This document shows positions 55,036-64,000 of a stretch of 64,000 nucleotides of DNA, one piece after another. The number at the start of each line of letters is the position of its first letter. Positions within the stretch are counted from its first letter, which is position 1. Where the stretch lies: the IMG/VR virus record IMGVR_UViG_3300033074_001783, positions 1 through 64,000 of that record; one strand, given 5' to 3'. The DNA is from a virus. Lineage: Duplodnaviria > Caudoviricetes. The notes under the pieces were generated by a model that saw only the letters and a list, made by a program, of their open reading frames with translations, searched no databases and was not told the origin of the DNA. A program made the translations under genes and the position numbers.

Positions 55036-56760
55036 ATGACTAAATTATCTTCCATTGTCGCCAGTGCAAAATCAAATAAAGATGTGGTTTTTGGTTCTGA
55101 GGCTCATGACGCCATGTTGAGGGGTGCAACCACATTGGCTTTGGCTGTTAAATCAACAATGGGACCTTCTGGTCACAATGTTATTATTGACAGAGAAATG
55201 AGTGGTCCTCTTATCACCAAAGATGGTGTTACGGTGGCCAAATCAATCAACCTTAAAGAAAAACTTCCTTCTATTGGGGCAGAACTTCTCAAAGAAGTTG
55301 CCGCAAAAACCAACGAACAAGCAGGAGATGGGACAACAACGGCAACCGTTTTGGCACACGCCATTTTTCAAGAAGGCGTGAAAATGATTGCTTCCGGCAG
55401 AAGTTCCATTGGTTTGAAACGAGGAATTGATTTTGGGGCAGCGAACATTATTGAGCATTTAAAAAAGAACGCGATTCAAATCAGAAACGACAATGATATT
55501 GTAAGTGTTGGCACTATTTCAGCAAATGGCGACCGTCAAATTGGAGAGTTGCTTTCCTCGGCCATCTCAAAAGTAAGCCAAGATGGCATCATCACAATTG
55601 AAGCCGCAAAAAGCTTTGCTACAACACTGGAGGTGGTTGAAGGAATGCAGTTTGATTCAGGGTACGTTTCTCCTTATTTTATCACCAATCAAGAAAAAAA
55701 TACTTTTGAAGCAACAGATCCATTTATTCTCATAACAAATAGAAAAATCTCTGCACTTCAAGAAATTGTTGGTTTACTGGAACAGGTTGCCAATTCAGGA
55801 AAATCTTTGTTGATCATTGGAGACGAGATTGAAGCAGAAGCCTTGCACACTTTAATTGTCAACAAAATGAGAGGTATTTTGAACGCCTGCGCGGTACGAG
55901 CTCCTTCGTATGGCGATAACCGACAAGACATTTTACAAGACATCGCATTGGTCACAGGTGGTCAGGTGTTTGATGCTTCAAATCCTCAAGCATTAAAAAA
56001 CGCAGATCTTTCTCAGCTTGGAACTTGTAAACGAGTGATCATCACCAGAAACGCAACCACCATTGTTGGCAATTCAAGTGAGACCATTAAAAAATCTGTT
56101 GATGAAAGAATTTCACAACTACGCTCTGCGTTAGCAACAGATTTCACAATGGACGATTTGAGACGACACAACTACAAACGCCGTCTTGCGAAATTGGCAG
56201 GAGGCGTCGCTGTTGTAAGGGTTGGTGGCTCTACCGAAACGGAAATTCTTGAAAAGAAAGATCGTGTGGAAGATGCGCTGAACGCAACCATTGCCGCTGT
56301 GCAAGAAGGAATAATCCCCGGTGGTGGAACTGCTTTGTTTTACGCGGCCACAGATCTTGCAGCCGATGCCAAAAAGATAGCTCCAGCTTCATTTGGAGAT
56401 GATGAATTTGCTGGCATACAGGTCGTTGTCAATGCTTGCAAAGCGCCTCTTGCAACAATCGTTGAAAACACTGGTAAAAATTTCGGTGTTGTAATGCACG
56501 AGTTGGTAGATCCAAGAAACATGATCTGTACCCACTCCCAAGGATTCGGTGACACAACACCGGATAAGTTTGAGAGAAACTACAATTTTGGGTACGATGC
56601 AAGCAAGCATCGTTATGGGGATCTTGTTGAGTGGGGAATTATTGACCCTGTGAAAGTTCCTAGATTTGCCCTTGAACACGCAGCAAGTGTTGTTGGATTG
56701 ATGTTAACATGCAATGCTGTTGTGTTGAACGAAGACAAGGAAGAAGTTCATGGCGAATAA
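55036..56760 (+). CDS. groEL: Chaperonin GroEL
   Basis: [45 protein letters not shown]. Confidence 0.97.
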   Translation: MTKLSSIVASAKSNKDVVFGSEAHDAMLRGATTLALAVKSTMGPSGHNVIIDREMSGPLITKDGVTVAKSINLKEKLPSIGAELLKEVAAKTNEQAGDGTTTATVLAHAIFQEGVKMIASGRSSIGLKRGIDFGAANIIEHLKKNAIQIRNDNDIVSVGTISANGDRQIGELLSSAISKVSQDGIITIEAAKSFATTLEVVEGMQFDSGYVSPYFITNQEKNTFEATDPFILITNRKISALQEIVGLLEQVANSGKSLLIIGDEIEAEALHTLIVNKMRGILNACAVRAPSYGDNRQDILQDIALVTGGQVFDASNPQALKNADLSQLGTCKRVIITRNATTIVGNSSETIKKSVDERISQLRSALATDFTMDDLRRHNYKRRLAKLAGGVAVVRVGGSTETEILEKKDRVEDALNATIAAVQEGIIPGGGTALFYAATDLAADAKKIAPASFGDDEFAGIQVVVNACKAPLATIVENTGKNFGVVMHELVDPRNMICTHSQGFGDTTPDKFERNYNFGYDASKHRYGDLVEWGIIDPVKVPRFALEHAASVVGLMLTCNAVVLNEDKEEVHGE

Positions 56761-56989
56761 AGTTGTAAGAATGACGCCCGAGGCGGCAGAAGACTTGTTT
56801 GCTTATTTCAAACTTACGCCCGAATCATTCGCTGCCAAATTGTCTGAATTGTGTGGCGAACAAGTAACACCGCGAATGATGACTTGGACCGGAGAATGCC
56901 GGTTATATGAAGGAGAAGAGGAAGTGGATTATTTAATAGATCACCTCGGAAACATTACTTTAAAGGAGAAAAACAATGGCGCAAGGTGA
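56750..56989 (+). CDS. Hypothetical protein
   Basis: ORF. Confidence 0.6.
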   Translation: MANKVVRMTPEAAEDLFAYFKLTPESFAAKLSELCGEQVTPRMMTWTGECRLYEGEEEVDYLIDHLGNITLKEKNNGAR

Positions 56990-57332
56990 TAGAGTCAGAG
57001 CTCAGTTGGGCAGATTGTTTCATGGAGAATCACCCATTCCAATTTACAACGTTGCGGTTGATTCCCAAAATCGTTACGTGGTTGACAACTCGGGTTGTGT
57101 TAATCCGCAGTTTTGTGGAGGTGTCAAACCGGGTAGTTGTGGCATTATTGATGGACATCCCTGCAAAACCCCCAAGAGCAGCCTTAAAGGGTATGAGAAG
57201 ACACACGCAATGGGAGCAGATTATGTAAATCTGTATCCAGTCTATTGGGAAAACTACAGACAAATTGCTTGGATATCTTCAGATCACTTTGAAGTAATAG
57301 GCAGCAATCCAGATCTTGATCGGCAAGGCTAA
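56976..57332 (+). CDS. Hypothetical protein
   Basis: ORF with AAGGAG RBS. Confidence 0.65.
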   Translation: MAQGDRVRAQLGRLFHGESPIPIYNVAVDSQNRYVVDNSGCVNPQFCGGVKPGSCGIIDGHPCKTPKSSLKGYEKTHAMGADYVNLYPVYWENYRQIAWISSDHFEVIGSNPDLDRQG

Positions 57333-57342
57333 TTAAAACATC

Positions 57343-57804
57343 ATGACTACACAGTGGCCAGAGCCAGGACCCAATCTTGTTGGGGAATATCAAATATCAG
57401 GTTTGCCTTATGCGACTTCTTCTGTTGTAACTTCAACAACAGTTCCGTTGCAAATAGCATTTCCTTTTGTTACAAGGTTTTTAACAGTTACCAACACTGG
57501 AACAAACTATCTCGGTGTAGGCTGGACTGCAAATGGTATAAAAGGTGGAGACAGATTTACTTTAGCGCCAAGCGGTTCTTACACAGGAGATTGGCGCGTT
57601 AAAGATTTGTATCTGTTGGGAATTGGCGGAAGTTGCAATTTTCAAGTGCAAGCGGGACTCACAATGGTGAGGAGAAAAATGTTCCCCACTTTAACAGGTT
57701 CCGCTGCGGCAGGAGTTTTGTCGGCCAGTGCCAACTCCAGTGATTTTGGATATGGTAGCCCCAATCCTTTGACCGGACTGCCATCTGTTTGTGGTTTGGG
57801 TTGA
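57343..57804 (+). CDS. Putative virion structural protein
   Basis: VGEYQISGLP, FPFVTR; beta-rich; CTAATTA late motif. Confidence 0.6.
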   Translation: MTTQWPEPGPNLVGEYQISGLPYATSSVVTSTTVPLQIAFPFVTRFLTVTNTGTNYLGVGWTANGIKGGDRFTLAPSGSYTGDWRVKDLYLLGIGGSCNFQVQAGLTMVRRKMFPTLTGSAAAGVLSASANSSDFGYGSPNPLTGLPSVCGLG

Positions 57805-58248
57805 TTACCTGTTGTAAGTGTTGGCAATTGCGCCAACGATCTCTTGCACGCGTCCGCGTGTGACAAGTCCCATGCCAAGATTTTTGCAATGCTCTTTCAC
57901 GGCTTTGCTGTGAAACTGTCCAATGTTTGCATGAATGATTGCAGAAATGCTTTCTGCAAGAGAAATCACCATGTCAAGATATTCATCAAGACTTGCCCTT
58001 GGATTGTTCGTCATTTCCTCAAGCCCGTTGAAAGCTCTTGGAATCATGGGGTTGATGTGCATGACATTTTCTCCAACTGTCGGCTCTGTTGGTGATTTCA
58101 GTTCTCTGGCAAGTGTCTCTGTCGCCTCTTTGAGAATTGGGTGTAGAATTGCCACCTTTCTGGCAAGTGGTTCCACTTCTTGTTTTGACATTTTGGCAAG
58201 TTGAAAAGTGATAGCGGCAAATGTAGGAGGCAGATTCTCGGCGCCCAT
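57805..58248 (-). CDS. Hypothetical protein
   Basis: ORF. Confidence 0.6.
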   Translation of the reverse strand: MGAENLPPTFAAITFQLAKMSKQEVEPLARKVAILHPILKEATETLARELKSPTEPTVGENVMHINPMIPRAFNGLEEMTNNPRASLDEYLDMVISLAESISAIIHANIGQFHSKAVKEHCKNLGMGLVTRGRVQEIVGAIANTYNR

Positions 58249-58300
58249 GTGATTCTCTTTCTTATCAGAAGTTTGAAACAAGCAAAGCTATTCTAACTGA

Positions 58301-59146
58301 TCAAGAGACTGGTTTGAAGTGTTTGCCCCAAGTCTCGTGTTTCATGTTTGAATATAGCACATTTGGATCACAATCAGACAATCCTGACATTTGACCATCA
58401 TTCAGTTCAACCACGTACCAAACTCCATTTTGTGCAAGGGCAACATCTACAACCACAAAATTAACGTTTTCTTTAATCCGTTCCAAAGTCTTTTCAACCA
58501 GTTGGGTAGCTTCTGTTGGAATGGAAACTGGTAATTTACCTTTCAATTCTTCTGTCCAAGCGGCCCAATAGTAACCAGAGGCCATGATTTTACCGTACAA
58601 ACAAAAAAACCTGTATTCCAATGTGATTGGTTGTTCGTTGAAACTTGTTGCAAATTGAACAAGAGGCACATACTTTCTTGCATAAAGAGTTTGCTCTTCA
58701 CCAATCCAAGTATCCAACAAACGATTTGACACTTGGATTGCCTCTTGTTTGTTGTTCGCAAACATGTGTGTATTCCATCTGTCTTTTTTGCTGTTTGTAG
58801 CCCCTTTTACCACAACTGGTCCACAGTTGTCTGGCAGATACGGAATATTAAACCAAGTTGGAAATGTTAAGTCTTCAATGTCTGCGTACCAATTTTGCAG
58901 GTCAGCCACATATTGATGTTGTCTGTAGGAGTTGACAAGAGTTCCGCCAACATGTTTGATATCTGCTTCAAGTTGTCGGTACATCGGAAGAACAGAATAT
59001 CTTCCGATCACCAAATCGCCTCCTGTTATTTTCATACGAGAATTAACAATTACGAAATGTTGACCACAGATCTTTTCTTCCGCTGCGTATTCGCCAGAAG
59101 GGTCAGACGGTGAAACAAATAAAACGACAGGTTGTTTTTGATTCAT
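58301..59146 (-). CDS. ATP-grasp protein (R2K-like clade)
   Basis: EYRFFC, FVVVDVA, VVELNDGQMSG. Confidence 0.75.
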   Translation of the reverse strand: MNQKQPVVLFVSPSDPSGEYAAEEKICGQHFVIVNSRMKITGGDLVIGRYSVLPMYRQLEADIKHVGGTLVNSYRQHQYVADLQNWYADIEDLTFPTWFNIPYLPDNCGPVVVKGATNSKKDRWNTHMFANNKQEAIQVSNRLLDTWIGEEQTLYARKYVPLVQFATSFNEQPITLEYRFFCLYGKIMASGYYWAAWTEELKGKLPVSIPTEATQLVEKTLERIKENVNFVVVDVALAQNGVWYVVELNDGQMSGLSDCDPNVLYSNMKHETWGKHFKPVS

Positions 59147-59182
59147 AGAACGATATTACCACGCGGCAATATCATGTTATCA

Positions 59183-62155
59183 TTATTGGTACATCCAAGC
59201 AAAAGAATTGCGCAGGTATTGATCCGCAGCCACTTGGTCGCGTCTTACACCCGGTTTTAATTTAACTCCGTTGTAAGATTCTGTTCTTGGCGCCATAAAT
59301 TGATTGGAAACAGTTGGTTGAGGTGTAAATGGATCAGGCGTTGTTTGAGGCTCTTGACCAAATCCAGCCAAAGAGGTGTTGATAGATCTCTTGGAAGTTG
59401 AGAAAGAAGCCAAAAAAGCCTTGTGCCAGTCGCTTATTGTTCCCTCTGTTGCAACGCTGCTTTGGAAAGAACCTTGCGGTGGAGCAACGTAACAACCGAT
59501 TGCGAGAGCCATGATTAGATCGTCCGATCTGCCCTTGGCAGCCTGTCCTCGTTTTCCTGTCCAGTTAAAACTGCTCATTTGTTCTGCGAATCTTGCGGAG
59601 TAGATTTTCAGTTTTTTATTTCGCAATATCTCTTCTAAGTTGGAAAGAATCTGTTCTCTGCTTCCGGGTTGTGTTCCGGGTTTTGTTGTAAACCCCGGAA
59701 GTTTTTCTGCCAACTCTTCTGGAGTTAACAGCATCATTTCTTCTGGTGTGAGATCTGGCCAATACAAATTTGGATATTTTAGATCTCTTAATTTGATCGC
59801 AGTCGCGAGGCCGATGCTGTTTTTCTCTTGAACAATCAAAGCTGTGTTGTGTCTGTAGCCCAATTCCACAAGGTACTCGCCATATCTATCGGGCGGTATT
59901 TTGCCAAGATACTCTGATGTTTGCTCCCAAGTGTTCATGTCAATGATCTCGGCGCCGCTGAAGTCTTCTGCGTCCCCTCTTGCAATGTCGGCACAAATGA
60001 TATACTTGTGATCTGGTACTGGAACCTTCCATATGTGCAAATCTGTCAGGGCTTTCTGATGAGGACCACCATACATGACGGGAGGTTGTGTGCCTTGAGA
60101 TACAGCGTCTATTGTTGTTTGATTGAAAAAAGTATTTCCAGAGGCTTCAAACGAGCAGTTGTGAACAATCAATCCTTGGACAACATAACTGTGGTCTTCT
60201 TCCACTTCAATGTTATAAACCACGCCATTCACAACACTGTGCGCAACTTGCTTGGTTTGAAACATGCCGACAACATAGTCATCAAAATTTCTTGTACGAC
60301 TGGTTGGTTTCTCAAGAACTTCCTTGCCAACACGCATTACTTCTTGGATGGTTTTGGTCTGTAATGATTCTAAACCATCCAATTCAATATACGAGTTGCC
60401 AGATGGATGATACCATACTCTTGGATAAAGACCGTACATGCCAAGCAAAATTCTAACCTGTTGCAGCAGTTTAGAAGAGGCACTAACCAATTTTAGTTTG
60501 TTGCCTTGGTTGTTGTGTTTAACGGCAGTTGGGTGATCGCCATCTCCGTCATAATGGCCAATAAGATAGCCGCGTACAAACTCTTCTGAACATGCAAGTA
60601 CATGATTTAAACGTAAACGTTTTTCATGTGCTTTGCCATCTGTTACGAAATGTCTGTAACATGCTATGATGAATTTATTGCACGTACTCAACGTAAAACA
60701 TTCCGAGTGTTGACGGATGTGTCTGGTATAAGTAACCCCCAATTCATCCAAATAATATTCAACAAACTTACCCAAAGTGTCAAGTTCGTTTACGTGAAAA
60801 GCTAGTTGCAACGTTTCTGTCACAGCACCTTTTGGAGAAGTGTTTTTGATGATACACCCTTCAGCTACAGCTAACCCGATAAATCTACCAAGATTTTCAT
60901 CAATTTTAACAAATCTCGGAATGGCTGGTGTGCGCTGTCGCCAATAGCTAACTTTTTCTGGACCTATTGTTGCACATGCCACCGGAAGAGACGCCAAGTC
61001 AAGTGTGTGTTGTATGTTGCCAATAAGTTGTTTGTTGTTAATTGGATGTAAACATCCATAAACACGATTATTTGCATTTTTATCAAATGGGATTAACTCA
61101 TCCAATGTGTTCCAACTTGGTTGGACACATTGGATTTTAATTTGATCCCATGCGTTGCCGCCTGTTGACCTGACATTTGTTTTGATAGACAAAACTGGGT
61201 GGTTACCAGTGATGTAAAATATGTCCTGTCTGTTGCAAGGTGTGGAAACTTGATACAGGTTTTCTCTTTGTTCCAAGTGCCTTGCTTGCGTTTGTTTGAC
61301 TCGTTTGAATGTGCCGGTGTGGGTTAAAACCTCGTCGCCAACACAAATGTCTTTGGCATAAGAGTAACCGTGTGGTGTGAGTATTTTGGTATCACCTCCA
61401 ACACAATTAAGTTCCTGCGCCATTTGTCTGTCATCCATGTTTTTTGACTCGGCATCAAACCACGCTTGATCGTGGAATGGATGAACGTGCCAAGGAAGCT
61501 TCATGGTGACGAAGTTGTTTCTTTTTGCCTCCGCATCAATCCACAGTTTGTAGAATTGACCCGTCTTACCTCTTGGGGTGGAGAAAACAACAATGGACCC
61601 ACCTTCTGTGGTGGTAGAAAGAATAGATTTCCAACCCTCCTCCAGTTTGGCATTGATTGCAGCTTCGTCAACAACCACGAAGGATGCTGCTTGACCACGG
61701 GCCGTGTCTTCTGTGGTGGGAAAAGCTTCTATTTTAGAACCGTTGGTTAGCTCAAGAACAGTGGCACTCTCACTTTTTGGAGCCGTGAGTTCAAGAACTT
61801 CTAACATCCAAGCTGGCAAGCCTCTCCAAGCTACTTTTATTTTTGCCAACATGTTTTTGCTACCTCTGAAGTTGTCAGCGATGAGCAAAATGTTTTTATC
61901 TTTGTGAAACAACGCTAACCACAGGCAATAGGCGGACGTAACAGTTGTCAACCCCAACTGTCTGCTTTTTAGAATGATGTTATATCTGTTTGTCAAGAAG
62001 TTGTTGATAACATCTTCTTGGAATGGGTATAGTTCAAACTGAATTCTACCTTTGGTTGGGTGTTGGATTTCAAGGTAGGTTCTGATGAAATACAATGGGT
62101 CTTGGCCACATTTTAATATCTCATCTATCTGAGCGGATCTTTTCTTCTGAGACAT
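59183..62155 (-). CDS. gp17: Terminase large subunit (T4 gp17-like) containing an intein
   Basis: LYPFQ, KSRQLGLT, VVDEAA, STPRG, ADIARG, DDLIMA. Confidence 0.95.
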   Translation of the reverse strand: MSQKKRSAQIDEILKCGQDPLYFIRTYLEIQHPTKGRIQFELYPFQEDVINNFLTNRYNIILKSRQLGLTTVTSAYCLWLALFHKDKNILLIADNFRGSKNMLAKIKVAWRGLPAWMLEVLELTAPKSESATVLELTNGSKIEAFPTTEDTARGQAASFVVVDEAAINAKLEEGWKSILSTTTEGGSIVVFSTPRGKTGQFYKLWIDAEAKRNNFVTMKLPWHVHPFHDQAWFDAESKNMDDRQMAQELNCVGGDTKILTPHGYSYAKDICVGDEVLTHTGTFKRVKQTQARHLEQRENLYQVSTPCNRQDIFYITGNHPVLSIKTNVRSTGGNAWDQIKIQCVQPSWNTLDELIPFDKNANNRVYGCLHPINNKQLIGNIQHTLDLASLPVACATIGPEKVSYWRQRTPAIPRFVKIDENLGRFIGLAVAEGCIIKNTSPKGAVTETLQLAFHVNELDTLGKFVEYYLDELGVTYTRHIRQHSECFTLSTCNKFIIACYRHFVTDGKAHEKRLRLNHVLACSEEFVRGYLIGHYDGDGDHPTAVKHNNQGNKLKLVSASSKLLQQVRILLGMYGLYPRVWYHPSGNSYIELDGLESLQTKTIQEVMRVGKEVLEKPTSRTRNFDDYVVGMFQTKQVAHSVVNGVVYNIEVEEDHSYVVQGLIVHNCSFEASGNTFFNQTTIDAVSQGTQPPVMYGGPHQKALTDLHIWKVPVPDHKYIICADIARGDAEDFSGAEIIDMNTWEQTSEYLGKIPPDRYGEYLVELGYRHNTALIVQEKNSIGLATAIKLRDLKYPNLYWPDLTPEEMMLLTPEELAEKLPGFTTKPGTQPGSREQILSNLEEILRNKKLKIYSARFAEQMSSFNWTGKRGQAAKGRSDDLIMALAIGCYVAPPQGSFQSSVATEGTISDWHKAFLASFSTSKRSINTSLAGFGQEPQTTPDPFTPQPTVSNQFMAPRTESYNGVKLKPGVRRDQVAADQYLRNSFAWMYQ
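60158..61405 (-). mobile_element. Intein (416 aa) with LAGLIDADG homing endonuclease
   Basis: ELN|CVGGDT..., TGNHPV, FIGLAVAEG, LIGHYDGDG, VYNIEV..IVHN|CSF. Confidence 0.92.
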
Positions 62156-62156
62156 A

Positions 62157-62618
62157 CTAATCAATTTCCAATCTTAAATTGAGTTTATAGTATGCCTTTT
62201 TTATATGAGCATGAATCGTTGTTTGGGTATATTCCAACTCTTCATGAATTGATTCATTGTTAACGGATAACGAAACGGTCTTTTTGGACTCCTCGTTAAC
62301 ACGTTTTGCACGTTCCGCTTTGTACTCTTCTGAGATTTTTTTGATTTCGTCTTTTATGAAACCCAGAGCTTCTTCTCTGTGAGATTTCATCAGAGGATGC
62401 ATGGGATGTTTTTGATTCACCGTGCAAATTGTTACAAATGTGGCGGAAACATGTTTGTCATCCAAGAGCTTAAAACTCAAATAATGATGACGAGCCAAAC
62501 TTGATTGTTTGCCGAATGTGCGCTGAATTACAGTCGCAAGCAAATCAAATGTAGCTTTATCTGCAACTGGTTTTTGTGGAATGTGTATTTCTGGCACGGA
62601 ATTTACCTTCGTGCTCAT
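62157..62618 (-). CDS. Hypothetical protein
   Basis: ORF directly upstream of terminase. Confidence 0.65.
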   Translation of the reverse strand: MSTKVNSVPEIHIPQKPVADKATFDLLATVIQRTFGKQSSLARHHYLSFKLLDDKHVSATFVTICTVNQKHPMHPLMKSHREEALGFIKDEIKKISEEYKAERAKRVNEESKKTVSLSVNNESIHEELEYTQTTIHAHIKKAYYKLNLRLEID

Positions 62619-62627
62619 AAATAGCAA

Positions 62628-62960
62628 TCAAACAAGTGAAATGTTTGTTTTGTACTGTTTCTCTCTAGAGGCAATATACTCGTTCCATTTGTCGGCCATG
62701 TCAGTCTTTGGGTTTAAAGTACCATTTCTTATTCTGGCCCCATGTGGCTTGATCCAGAAAAGATCACAAAGATAGCAGACATGCTCTTGACGATACGACA
62801 AAGCATCGTCGGCGGTTCTTAGTGGCAGTTCACAAAATGGACAGAACAGAGGAACAATTACGTCGCTGTCAACAGGTTTTACAACGACCAAGTTTTCTTC
62901 AAATTTGGCAACCCTTTGTTTGTCAAGAGGCAACCATTCGTCAGAATGTTGTGTCTGCAT
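62628..62960 (-). CDS. Hypothetical Zn-finger protein
   Basis: CPFC ... CYLC. Confidence 0.65.
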   Translation of the reverse strand: MQTQHSDEWLPLDKQRVAKFEENLVVVKPVDSDVIVPLFCPFCELPLRTADDALSYRQEHVCYLCDLFWIKPHGARIRNGTLNPKTDMADKWNEYIASREKQYKTNISLV

Positions 62961-63237
62961 GTGCTCTTTGTGCCAAGGAATCAAACGTTGATTCAAGATG
63001 ATCCAACAGTTGATCATTTGTCGGATCAAGATTAGCCGCGCTCCACGCCTCCATGAGTTGTGAATACTCGTTAGGGAAAAGTTTATTAGATATCGTCTGA
63101 AACGAAAGACCTGCTTTCGTTTGGTTTTCGTGCGTTGGATCTTGAACGGCAGCGAAGATGTTATCCGCCATTTTGTAAATCCTGCTGTAAAGGTCGTAGT
63201 CGGCGGGAATGATTTTTGTTGTCATTTGGTTGTGCAT
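62941..63237 (-). CDS. Hypothetical protein
   Basis: ORF. Confidence 0.55.
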   Translation of the reverse strand: MHNQMTTKIIPADYDLYSRIYKMADNIFAAVQDPTHENQTKAGLSFQTISNKLFPNEYSQLMEAWSAANLDPTNDQLLDHLESTFDSLAQRAHADTTF

Positions 63238-63245
63238 TTTTTTCC

Positions 63246-64000
63246 TTATACTTCTACTTTTGATTCTAGCCCTGTGTTGATTACTTCTATCATTTTATCT
63301 GCCACTTCTTTAACTTGCGGAATGTGTGAAATAACCAATATCAACTTAAAATGGTTTTTCAACATGACAAGCAATTGTAAACATTTTTGAATGCTGTCTT
63401 CGTCCAAGGCTCCAAAGCCTTCATCTACTATTAACATATCTGGTCTTGGAAGTGAAGACAAATTGTTGAGCGCTACTCTTAGAGCCAAAGAAGCGATCAT
63501 TTTTTCCATTCCAGAACCAAGTTCAATAATTCTTTTTGAGTGGCCATCCTCTATGTAAACGTCCAAAGTGTTGGAGGAAACTTCAGTTTCTAACACGAGT
63601 TTGAAGTCTACCACATTGTTCAGGATGTTTGAAAGTTCATTGTTTAACATCGGCAACTGTGTTTTCAAAACCATTGCAGGAATGCCATTTTTACTAAACG
63701 CCTCTTGCACGCTTCCAAGAATGGTTAATTTTGACAACACCTCTTGGTATTCTTTTCGTTCTGTAGTTAGCTGAGTTATTTTTGCACCAAGTTGACCTAT
63801 CTCCATTAACAAATCATTTTTACTTGATTCTGCCACTGCAAGCAATTTTTTGGCTTGCGCAAGCTCACGGTTTTTGGCGACCAACTCAGAAGTGTCAGGA
63901 GCATTCGCAACGGCAATGGCCAGTTCATCTCTAGCAGAGGTTTTTGTTGCAATCTTTTCTTTTGTTGCAGAAATTTCAGACAAACCCAATTTTATTTGTG
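63246..64000 (-). CDS. gp46: SbcC/Rad50/gp46 recombination ATPase, C-terminal part (truncated by the window)
   Basis: Coiled coil, signature GSGME, Walker B IVDEGFGALD, ISH. Confidence 0.9.
   Translation of the reverse strand, partial: QIKLGLSEISATKEKIATKTSARDELAIAVANAPDTSELVAKNRELAQAKKLLAVAESSKNDLLMEIGQLGAKITQLTTERKEYQEVLSKLTILGSVQEAFSKNGIPAMVLKTQLPMLNNELSNILNNVVDFKLVLETEVSSNTLDVYIEDGHSKRIIELGSGMEKMIASLALRVALNNLSSLPRPDMLIVDEGFGALDEDSIQKCLQLLVMLKNHFKLILVISHIPQVKEVADKMIEVINTGLESKVEV

Noticed and set aside
24629-64000. Genome-wide TAG reassignment (genetic code 15)
   Set aside because: Structural genes are intact under code 11, and TAG ends MCP, scaffold and others at the expected C termini.

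Overview
A 64-kb segment of a large T4-like (jumbo) myophage genome. The left ~24.6 kb (+ strand) is an early/accessory region. It carries many small ORFs driven by sigma70-like promoters that give leaderless mRNAs, interleaved with tRNAs (Leu x4, Gln, Ile-UAU, a D-armless Arg, an amber-suppressor CUA tRNA), several non-canonical tRNA-like RNAs and other structured ncRNAs. Its enzymes cover translation and tRNA rescue (Pth2-HD fusion, two RNA ligases, a (p)ppGpp hydrolase) and NAD salvage (NadD, PncA, NUDIX). The right part is mainly on the - strand and is the virion module: tail tube, two tandem tail sheaths, neck proteins, major capsid, scaffold, prohead protease, portal and an intein-containing large terminase. 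It also holds homing endonucleases, GroEL, an SbcC/gp46 fragment and probable capsid-packaged effectors (one kinase, two ADP-ribosyltransferases). The best candidate for an undescribed system is a Pth2-HD gene whose leaderless reading frame is interrupted at codon 10 by an in-frame UAG, in a genome that encodes its own CUA suppressor tRNA yet still uses UAG as an ordinary stop. This looks like an amber-readthrough gate on a translation-rescue operon. Other notable items are a stand-alone truncated capsid-protein paralog, an exact 26-bp element repeated three times, and a family of tRNA mimics with remodelled arms. All calls were made by eye from motifs; no searches were run.
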